From the NCBI RefSeq assembly GCF_006345805.1, contig NW_021826785.1:1-12007 (forward strand): a DNA stretch of 12,007 nucleotides. Reading direction: 5' to 3'. Origin of the DNA: Octopus sinensis (taxonomy: Eukaryota). The notes beneath the pieces were generated by a model, which had not been told where the DNA came from, did no database searches, and worked only from the letters and a program-made list of their open reading frames with translations. Position 1 is the first letter of the stretch. The number at the start of each line of letters is the position of its first letter. Made by a program: the position numbers and the translations under genes. Shown here piece after piece: positions 1 to 9,138 of this stretch.

Positions 1-1308
1 TTCGCAGCACCCTGCCTTTCTTGTCGAGAGTCGTGGTAGGCTATGTAGGTAGGCACTGAAGTCCACCCTACGTTCTTGCCCTCCACTCGTTCCGAACAGT
101 CGGACAAAATGCTGCTGAAAGGCCTCACACATTTTACTTGGCTCGAGCAATTCGCGCCCCTGTTTCATCTACCAGTGACCGAATGGTGGCTTTTTTGCCC
201 TGTTGCGGCCTCTGCCACCCGGGCCTCTCCATCGCGGCTCCAACACACCTTCGTTCCTTAGAGCACGCATCCTAGATCTGACAGCACATCCTTCGTGTTT
301 GGCGTTGAAGTGTTGGTCGAGGGCCACCTCGCCGCAAAACGTCGGATGCGATGCCGCTTCTAATTGCCTCTTCTAGCTTCTTAACTAGCTCACCCTCTAC
401 TCTATTTCTATCTATGGCTAGTGCTTTGCTGTACCTAATCGCTTCTGCTTTTACTGCTCTCTTGAGGGCAAACCACCATTTGTTGTTGATGATGGCTCCC
501 GTCAAAGCCCTCTTTACTAGTGTGCTAATCCGGTCTCTGAAAACTTGTCTCGATGGGAAAGACGCGTTTAGTTTTCCGTATCCGGGACCCTGCCTAAGTG
601 TCTTACCTAAGTCTAGCGTACATGTCACATTTTGATCCGTGTAGCTGACTATGTGAATTGTGGACATCCTATGCTATCTCTACTACTGTCCTACACAGTA
701 TCCTATCTAGATACGATCTCGACGACCCGATGCGTTGCTCCATGTCCACGTTGGCGCATTCGGGTGGTCTAGTCGGAACTGTCAGACAGTTGAAAGCGTC
801 TGAGCAGGTCTCTGAGGCATTTGCATCCCCGTCTATTCCTATCTCTACCCACGTAGTCTACATGCGTGTCCAAGGCAGCATTCCAATCCCCCACTAAGAG
901 TAAAGGACGAGACGTTCCCAAGAAAACTTCTAGACGTTGAAAGAAATCCGCCCGACCTGTTAAGGGCGGTGCGTAAACTGATACGAGTCGAAAAGCGCAC
1001 CCATTTGCTGCCGTCGACATCCAGGTCGACCAGTCTACCCTCCGGGTCTACGAATATTGTCCTTACTTTGAGATCCAGACTCTTGTGAAAAAGTACCGCG
1101 GTGCCACTACCGCCCATTTCGGCAGACAGGGGGAAAATAAATGTTGAACTGTCCGCCAAACATGGTCTTTAGGGCCCGCGGATTGTGGAGTCTGGTCTCG
1201 CTTATGCTATGATTTCTAACTTATGTGACTTTATGTCATTTAAGAGGTACCCTTGTTTCCAAGGGGACCCCAAGCCACGCGCATTTACACACAACCAATC
1301 TTGATCAT
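1..1308 (-). pseudogene. ORF2 N-terminal part: APE endonuclease plus linker preceding the reverse transcriptase, frameshifted
   Basis: ATG at 1308 reads MIKIGC/VNARGLGSPWKQGYLLNDIKSHKLEIIA/SETRL; GTAVLFHKSLDL..EGRLVDLDV; FRLVSVYAPP...LLVGDWNAALD; TWTWSN..SRSYLDRILCR; SYTD(H->Q); GPGY(W->G)KLN. It ends ...CEAFQQHFVRLF...DFSAYLHSLPRLSTRKAGCCE at base 1, just before where RT motifs are expected. Confidence 0.9.
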
Positions 1309-1342
1309 AGTTCTAATAATGAATTAGAATACAGAGGGTTAC

Positions 1343-3351
1343 TTACTGCTCGAAAGTTTTTGCTTTCTCCTCCGTTGGTTTGTCCTCGAGAAGATCCCAG
1401 TACAGTTTCTCTTTGTGGGATATTTTTGGCATTTACCAACCGCACTGGGGAAAAATGCCTTTTGAGTGTGTGGTGCAGACTTTTGGAGATGTGTATATTT
1501 TGATGTGGTCTGGTGGTGTTGTGTATGGGTGATTGTTTGTTTTTATGTCATCTTCTGTTATGTTTGTTTTTGATTGGATGTATTCCAGCAAATTTGTGTT
1601 TTTGGTGTCTATGGCTGTGAGTATGTTTGCTGTATATGTTTTTGTGGTGTTGGTGTGGCTGTTGTTTGCGTTGGGTTTTGAAATGTCTTCGGGAGATGTA
1701 TTTCCCCCTGCTTTGTTCGTGTTTGCATTTGGTTTGGTTGTGTTTCTGCTCTTTATTTTCCTTCTTTTTGTAGCTATTTGCCATTCCTCACTGGTTTCGT
1801 CTTCCGACGAAATTTCTGAGGAATCAGAAGGGGGTAGGGGTAGTTGTGGGCTTCTATGTATGTCTGTGTAAGTGGTTGTGTTGTTTTTTCGTTGTTTTTG
1901 TTGTTGAGTGTTTGTGTGTGTTGAGTGCGGTATAAGGGATGGGGGGATCAGTTTGTGTGTGTTTTTCTTTGTTCTTCTGTTCCTTTGGGTTTTGCTGTTG
2001 TTGGTGGTGTTGGTATTTTTTCAGGTGTTGAGTGGTTTTTGGTTGATGACGGATTAGCTTGTGTGCTTCTCTTGTCGTCTTCTGTGTTGATGGTGGTGTG
2101 GGTAGTAGAGCTTTTTTTCCGGAGTGCTTTGGTTGTGGTAGTGGTTGTTGTGTTGTTGCTCTTGGTGTGCAGTGGTTGGGCACGTCTTTTTCAAGTGTGT
2201 TTCGCTTCCACACAAATAGCAGCGTGGTCGCCTGCCCTCAACCACTATATAGAGTTTGTATAGCCTCCTGGCAGTTCTATAGCGGGGGTATCTTCTCTCT
2301 TGCTGCTTCATCCAATTGAAGCAGGAATTCGATTGATTTGCCCACATAGTCTTTCTCTCCTAGAACCGCGATTTCCAGATGTTTGTCTCTGACATTGTCT
2401 CTGACATTTCAAAGCAGATGGCAGAGACCAACCATTGTGTTTCGACATCAAATGGTATGTTTTTTATTTGGACTTTCGTGACCCTTTTGTTTAAATAGAC
2501 TGGTATCATTACCAAGTCGTCCGAATGTAGCTCCAATGTGGAAAAACGTTTTGCTAAACTTTCGTTGAGGAAACGTACTTGGACTGTACCAAATTTGTTT
2601 CCCCAACTGATATATTCCTTGAGTCCCATGCAGACGAAGGCATTTTTCGATTTTTTCCTGCGGTGCATTTTCTGTTCTTCTTGTTTTTTTGTTTATTACT
2701 TTATAAATTAGTGTTTTTTTTTTTTTGGTGTTTTCCACGATGTGTGTGGAATGTGAAGGTGCAATTTGTCTCCTTCTTTGGAGAAGAGTGCCTTTGTGCG
2801 GTTTATCTCTTGTGTGGTGAATGTTACAATTGTTCTTTTTGTTTTGTTACGTCCGCAAAATTCGTTTTGAATTTGACAGTAGAAGTGTTAATTGTGGCAG
2901 TGTTAATTGAAGTCATGGTAGTGGTGTTGGTGTTGGCGGTATTAGCAGTAGAAGGCTTGGATGTAGCATTTGACGTCGTAGTAGTGGTGTTGGTGTTGGC
3001 GGTGTTGTCTTTGGTAGGCGGCTTTGTGCCAATTTGTCGTGTTGTTGTTGTTGGTGGTGATGGTGGTGGTGCTGGCATTCATGTTTTCGTTTGTATTCAT
3101 TTTTGAAATCCCTTTCTCTGTCCCTTTATCATCAACAAGTGGTGTGGGGAGTGAGGGGAAATCTAAGTTAATGTCTTGGTCGCGGCGATGGTGAATGCGG
3201 CGTTAGATTTGTTGTTGTTGTTGGTGGTGGTGGTGGTGATGGTGGTGACAGCGGTGTTCACGCTGCGAGTGTTTAGCAGCTAGTGTAGCAATAGTGTTTT
3301 GCTACCGTTCTGCATGACTGGCGGGCTAGCCACGTGGTTTCTAGTTGCCAT
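1343..3351 (-). pseudogene. ORF1 (gag-like nucleic-acid-binding protein) of the retrotransposon, frameshifted
   Basis: Candidate start AAAATGG at 3351. T/N-rich N-terminus (track ORF 2824-3078), RRM-like block GNKFGTVQVRF...KRVTKVQIKNIPFDVETQWL (2360-2668), IPP.IELPGGYKLYIVVEGRRPR followed by CYLCGSETHLKKTC (2180-2221), and a T/K/Q/H-rich C-terminus. Start and stop are estimates across several frameshifts. Confidence 0.8.
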
Positions 3352-3567
3352 TTTCAAAATGAAAAATGGCTAAAAACAACCCCCGAAAGTTTTGAAAGTT
3401 TTTTTGTAATTTTCGCCCATACAGGGGCGGAATTCTACGTGCATAATTCTCAGGTTTTTTAGTGAATGAACTTGCACAACGATTAAAACAAAATATTTGA
3501 CAACAAGGAGTTTTAAACATGTAAAAGTGGCCAACTTACGTGGAGCCGATATGACTAGCGTGACTAG

Positions 3568-3746
3568 AGATAGGTTAGATTGATGAGAGATGGTAGATAG
3601 ATATATAGATAATAGATATATAGATAGATAGATAGATAGATAGATAGAATAGATAGATGATAGATTAATAGATAGATAGTATTTAGATAGATAGACTATA
3701 TATATAGAGAGAGGGGGGAGAGAGAGAGACATACATATAGGTAGAT

Positions 3747-3798
<52 letters not shown>

Positions 3799-3849
3799 CA
3801 TGAAGGTAGGTAGTTAGGTAGGTAGGTAAGTATACAGATAGGCAGACAT

Positions 3850-3880
<31 letters not shown>

Positions 3881-3900
3881 GGCAGGCAGGCAGACACAGA
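3568..3900. repeat. Compound tetranucleotide microsatellite (TAGA)n/(TAGG)n/(CAGA)n/(CAGG)n with a short (GA)n
   Basis: Directly visible tandem repeats. Confidence 0.97.
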
Positions 3901-4161
3901 GAGATGAGGATAAGCCTAATGTTTCGTTTACAAGAAAGAGAATAAAACAAACAGAAAGATGGGAAAGAGAGAATGGGAAAGAAAAAACGCCATGTGACTG
4001 ATAATCGTATCGATAAGGTGCCAGACTACGAGTTTGTTGTTATAACATTTCAGCTTTTACATGGCTCACTACATGTGACTGTATGTGGGAAGCACCACAT
4101 GGTTGCTTTGTGTAACTGTATACATAGGCAATACCAATCTGTAGTATTATGTTGCATTATA

Positions 4162-4598
4162 GGCGCAGGAGTGGCTGTGTGGTAAGTAGCTTGCTAACCA
4201 ACCACATGGTTCCGGGTTCAGTCCCACTGCGTGGCATCTTGGGCAAGTGTCTTCTGCTATAGCCTCGGGCCGACCAATGCCTTGTGAGTGGATTTGGTAG
4301 ACGGAAACTCAAAGAAGCCTGTCGTATTATATTATTATATATATATATTATATATATATATATATGTGGTTGTGTGTGTATATGTTGTGTGTCTGTGTTT
4401 GTCCATCTAGCATTGCTTGACAACCGATGCTGGTGTGTTTACGTCCCCGTCACTTAGCGGTTCGGCAAAAGAGACCGATAGAATAAGTACTGGGCTTACA
4501 AAAAGAATAAGTCCCGGGGTCGATTTGCTCGACTAAAGGCGGTGCTCCAGCATGGCCGCAGTCAAATGACTGAAACAAGTAAAAGAGTAAAAGAGAGT
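4162..4598 (+). mobile_element. tRNA-derived SINE with internal (TA)n/(TG)n tract (octopod OR/OK-type family)
   Basis: A box TGGCTGTGTGG (4172-4182), B box GGTTCAGTCCC (4215-4225), CORE-like TTGGGCAAGTGTCTT, internal microsatellite 4324-4400, tail GGCGGTGCTCCAGCATGGCCGCAGTCAAATGACTGAAAC ending in (GTAAAAGA)2. The family name is from memory. Confidence 0.85.
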
Positions 4599-4612
4599 AT
4601 TGTGTATATATA

Positions 4613-4950
4613 GTGAAGGCACGTGGCTTAATGGTATGGACATTCGTCTCACTATCGTCAGGTTGCGAGTTCCATTCTCGGTTGCGTGTTTTGTCTTTGA
4701 GTAAGACACGTTATTGCGCGGTGCTCCAATGCACTCAGATGGCAAAAAATCGGGTTTTACCCGTAATTCCGAAGACCACCCTGGCCACATTTTATGTAAT
4801 GCCGAATCACCCAGAGAACTATGTTAAGGGTACGCGTGTCTGTGGAGTACTCAGCCACGTGCACGAATGGAAATCCTATTCGTAATGTTACGAATAGGAT
4901 TTCCATTGATCAGGGAAACTGGAATACATATCGTTGTAACTGGCAGAGTA
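4613..4950 (+). mobile_element. Diverged tRNA-derived SINE
   Basis: A-box-like TGGCTTAATGG (4624-4634), B-box-like GAGTTCCATTCTC (4667-4679), CORE/V-like TGTCTTTGAGTAAGACAC. The 3' part (GAGAACTATGTTAAGGGTACGCGTGTCTGTGGAGTACTCAGCCAC) aligns with the 3' part of the SINE at 9612-10003. Confidence 0.75.
4866..4907. repeat. Perfect 20-bp inverted repeat with 2-nt spacer
   Basis: AATGGAAATCCTATTCGTAA (4866-4885), TG, then TTACGAATAGGATTTCCATT (4888-4907), an exact reverse complement. Confidence 0.97.
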
Positions 4951-5001
4951 TCGCCTATATATAGGATATATGTGCGTGTGTTGTGTGTGTTACATCATAT
5001 A

Positions 5002-5272
5002 TATCACGTGATCACGTGACCGACCAGACCATCAGATGTCGTTACACATCGCTGGTCACAATACGTTCGCATTGTTTTAGCCTAGAATGACGCCACCCCG
5101 CTGGCTAAGCGAGCAGGCCAACAGAAGAAAGAGTGAGAGAAATAGTGGTGAAGGAGTACAGCAGGGACCACCACCTTGTGGAGCTTTTTAGGTGTTTTCG
5201 CTCAATAAACACTCACAACGCTCGGCCGCGAGTCTACTGCCCTAACCACCGGGCCATTGCGCCTCCACACCG
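5002..5272 (-). mobile_element. tRNA-derived SINE with the same head and body as 9612-10003, B box deleted, different tail
   Basis: Minus strand CGGTGTGGAGGCGCAATGGCCCGGTGGTTAGGGCAG...GCGTTGTGAGTGTTTATTGAGCGAAAACACCTAAAA is near-identical to 9612-9730. The tail differs and ends in TCACGTGATCACGTGA. Confidence 0.88.
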
Positions 5273-5274
5273 TA

Positions 5275-5513
<239 letters not shown>

Positions 5514-5515
<2 letters not shown>

Positions 5516-5655
5516 GATGGCTCCTCACCTTTTTCCACAAGGCCTTAGGGTGAATGCTGCTGCATATATTCACGTTTTGGACAAAGTTGTTAAGCCTTGG
5601 ATCAACAGTGTATGCAATGAAAGGCCTTGTCTTTGAACAAGATTCTGCACCATCA
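5514..5655 (+). pseudogene. Tc1/mariner transposase catalytic-domain fragment (DD37D/maT-like)
   Basis: Translates VMAPHLFPQGLRVNAAAYIHVLDKVVKPWINSVCNERP, frameshift, then VFEQDSAPS. This matches the MPPHFF..GLRVNA..Y..VL...VKPW......YVFQQDSAP segment around the second catalytic Asp. Confidence 0.85.
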
Positions 5656-5676
5656 ATCACACAGGGCTCAAATGCC

Positions 5677-5719
5677 TGGCCGCAATCAAATGAATGAAAC
5701 AAATTAAAAGAGTAAAAAG
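5677..5719 (+). mobile_element. Isolated SINE 3' tail fragment
   Basis: TGGCCGCAATCAAATGAATGAAACAAATTAAAAGAGTAAAAAG aligns with 4553-4596 (TGGCCGCAGTCAAATGACTGAAACAAGTAAAAGAGTAAAAGAG). Confidence 0.75.
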
Positions 5720-5917
5720 TGTATTATATTATATTCTTATAATAATATAATAACGAATATTAAATACAAATTCCATAAATTCAGTCTACCCTTCGATCTA
5801 TAAATCCTCATATAACAAAAATTACCCTGAGGAGATTCTTACCCACAATTTTCCTGATTTTATTATGGATAAGAATCGAAATAATTGTACGTAATTTGTA
5901 TTTAATATTTATTATTT

Positions 5918-6060
5918 ACTATATTATATTACATTACATTACATTACATTATATTACATTATATTATATTATATTATATTATGACGTGACCGTGATAATA
6001 TATTATATTATATTATATTGTTATATTATACTGTTATAAGACTATAATATATATTATGTT
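5918..6060. repeat. (ATATT)n/(ACATT)n pentanucleotide microsatellite
   Basis: Directly visible; interrupted at 5981-5996. Confidence 0.92.
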
Positions 6061-6224
6061 AATAAGTTTTCAGTTTTGAATTTACAACTGAAGATCTCCA
6101 TTTTTTTCATTTTTATAAATTTAATATATACCCAGGTGATTTGTAAGGATTTTCTCTACAAAATTGGGTTTTTAACAGTTAGAACAGTGAAAGATTGGAT
6201 GTTTTTATCCCTATTTTCCTCACA

Positions 6225-6480
6225 TATATGTGTGTGCGTATATATGCATGTGTATTATATATACGTATACTAATATTATAGTATATAATATATATATATC
6301 ATATTATATATATATATATATTTATATATATCGATATATATATATATCTATATATATATATAGATATATAGTGATAGAAGTAATAAGTAGTATTATAAAT
6401 GTATCGCATTAGTAGCTATAACATATATATATATATATATAAGAAATTATATTGATATATATACACTATCACTATATATA
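6225..6480. repeat. Degenerate (TA)n-rich tract
   Basis: Directly visible. Confidence 0.9.
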
Positions 6481-6984
6481 TACCATATGTATTTATAATC
6501 CGTAACAACCGAACAAGACATGATGTGCTCCTAGACATGAAACGTTACCATGATAGAATAAGAATTCAAGGTAGGTTAGTGAATTGTTGCTGACCGATGT
6601 CTGATAATAAGGATATTCTACTCGTGTGGTATACTGTGTGTCAGTACTGACTGTCGATTTCGGCTGTCATTATGGATCAGAGTAAATTATATATATATTA
6701 TGTTTTATGCATATAATAAGTATATATATATATCACACATATATATCACATTATTCTCTAAGTAAGAATAGTAGAAAAGAAACACCGGTGGACGTGTGAC
6801 ATGATTCGTTGCCATTGGTAGTTAAAGTAATTTGCTGCCAGTCTGCTTCGTCTCCTGCCGTTGGAGTCGAGTAAAACTTGCTAATAAATTGTCAGCAATG
6901 AATCTAATCAAAACTTAGAGACACCCAGATCATAAAAAAGCCATTCGAAAGCTTTATTGCATAGATAAATGTTACGTAAGTAAA

Positions 6985-7336
6985 TTTGAGAATGTATATA
7001 TATATATATATATATATAATTGTGTGTGTCTGTGTGTTTGAATGTGTGTTTGTGTATTAGTGTGTTGGTTTCTGTGCGGTTATCATTATATATAACTGTG
7101 TATTGGTGTGTTTATGTTGCTATATGTGTACGTTGACGTGTGTATGTCTATATATATATATAGGCATTTATGTGTTTGTGAGTGTATGAAGGTATGTGTG
7201 CGTGCGTATACATGTCTATATATATACAAATGTGTCTGTGAAGTGTTCAAGAGTTTCTATTATATGGATTATTATATACACATACACATATGCAAATATT
7301 ATACATACATACACACACTCAACACACGCACACCAA

Positions 7337-7367
<31 letters not shown>

Positions 7368-7404
7368 TATATATATATATATCTATATATATGTGTGTGT
7401 GTGT

Positions 7405-7442
<38 letters not shown>

Positions 7443-7534
7443 ATACCGAAACGTATGTTTTGTAACATCTTATAAATAATTACATACATTTATGTATACA
7501 TATGCTATATGGTATGGGCTATGACTCTCTCTCC

Positions 7535-7601
<67 letters not shown>

Positions 7602-7754
7602 GGAATGTTTCTATATCACCGATTGCATATATATGCTAATGTATATATGCTTATATACATACATATATATATATATCATATATATATATATATATTATAT
7701 ATATTATATATATATAAAGATAGGCATATACAGATGTACAGCTGTACGTATTAT

Positions 7755-7814
<60 letters not shown>

Positions 7815-7815
7815 T
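6985..7815. repeat. Cluster of (TA)n, (TG)n, (CA)n and (TC)n (7525-7598) microsatellites
   Basis: Directly visible. Confidence 0.92.
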
Positions 7816-7989
7816 TTGTGTTTTATAAAATATAATTTAGATTACATTATATACTTAGGAAAATCCATATATGTACAATAATATATTAATGCATAACATT
7901 TTTTATTATTCATGTTATACTTATTGAACGGACGCAGGGGAACCGAGTGTTTCAAATCAGTTCCTGCTTGATATGTTGTAACATGAATA

Positions 7990-8007
7990 TCTATCTACTT
8001 ATATATA

Positions 8008-8047
<40 letters not shown>

Positions 8048-8151
8048 TATGTCCGTTTATCTATCTAACCATCAATCTACCTATTTAGATAGATAGATAG
8101 ACAAATAGATAGATAGATATATAGATAGATATAGATAGATAGATAGATAGA

Positions 8152-8213
<62 letters not shown>

Positions 8214-8232
8214 TAGATAGATAGATAAGATT

Positions 8233-8309
<77 letters not shown>

Positions 8310-8358
8310 ATGATAGTATAGATAGATAGATAGATAGATAGATGATAGATTAGATATT
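7990..8358. repeat. (TA)n followed by a long (TAGA)n tract (~8085-8358)
   Basis: Directly visible. Confidence 0.95.
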
Positions 8359-8439
8359 GATGCCTACCAACGTCATAGTGTTCGAGTATGTTTGGTTTAT
8401 TGATTTATATCAACAGTCTGATGAGATTGGACGCCTCAG

Positions 8440-8564
8440 ATGTGTGTATGCATGTGTAAATATATATATGCGTGTGTATGTGTATATATATATATATGCG
8501 TATGTGCGTGTATATATATAAATTTATATACCACACACACACACACACACACACACATATTATA

Positions 8565-8601
<37 letters not shown>

Positions 8602-8827
8602 TATATATATATATATATCAGGTGGTGCTATTAAGTTAAACATGGTCTGGACCATTCTTTGGTCGAAACATATCTAAGTTTATCTAAGTTTATATATATA
8701 TATATGTATACATGTATATATGTATGTATGTATATGTATGTATATGCAGAGGTATATAGATGGATAGATAAATAGATAAATTTATACTATGTACATATAT
8801 ATATATATATATATATAAATATATATA

Positions 8828-8863
<36 letters not shown>

Positions 8864-8935
8864 GTGAGTGTGTATATGTACATATATAAACATATATATA
8901 TATATATATATATTTATATATTTATTTGTTTATAT
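8440..8935. repeat. (TA)n/(CA)n/(TG)n/(TATG)n microsatellite cluster
   Basis: Directly visible; short unique island at ~8620-8690. Confidence 0.92.
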
Positions 8936-9138
8936 ATGTGTTGATTAGTTAGAGGTATCAACGTGTAGAACACAAGGACTGGCTAAGTATCATAATATTG
9001 AGTTAACAGTGAGATAAAATTCCACTTGAATGAATTAATAAAATGTTATCGAAACAGCTGTAGTAACTTTTACGCTTTCTCAGTCGTCCATTGATATACG
9101 TATTATATAAATATATATGTGTATATATCTATATATAT

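Larger units (their letters stand above)
1..3567 (-). mobile_element. L1-group non-LTR retrotransposon, probably Tx1 clade; frame-disrupted; 3' part (RT) lies outside the window
   Basis: On the minus strand: ~215-nt 5'UTR (3352-3567), ORF1 with a CX2CX4HX4C knuckle, then ORF2 opening directly with an APE endonuclease (G-C-V-N-A-R-G-L, SETRL, VYAP, GDWN, SYLDRI) followed by the GPGY(W)KLN and WW..LK..K...I.YSK linker motifs typical of L1/Tx1. The clade call is from motif memory; an RT phylogeny is not possible here. Confidence 0.9.

Noticed and set aside
76-2319. Plus-strand ORFs over the retrotransposon (76-261, 351-635, 658-897, 1225-1503, 1533-1871, 1925-2263, 2059-2319), and likewise 2579-3106
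   Set aside because: Antisense shadows of the A/C-rich minus-strand coding sequence; V/L/F-rich, no motifs. Their hydrophobicity is compositional.
3370-3950. ORFs with IYLS/ACLSV repeats
   Set aside because: Translations of tetranucleotide microsatellites.
3973-4185. 70-aa plus-strand ORF in unique sequence
   Set aside because: No recognisable homology, no convincing splice signals, and it runs into a SINE head.
4162-4240. tRNA-like heads here and at 4613, 9612 and 11552 as tRNA genes
   Set aside because: A/B boxes only; no complete cloverleaf, and they continue into SINE bodies.
5981-5998. ATGACGTGACCGTGAT interruption in the (ATATT)n array, resembling the SINE tail GGTCACG
   Set aside because: Too short to assign.
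8643-8654. TGGTC-TG-GACCA mini-palindrome and the nearby TATCTAAGTT duplication
   Set aside because: Short enough to be expected by chance or slippage.
8418-8669. CTGATGA (8418-8424) and GAAAC (8665-8669) as a split hammerhead core
   Set aside because: Separated by ~240 nt of microsatellite; stem II would be mostly G-U pairs and there is no stem I complementarity.
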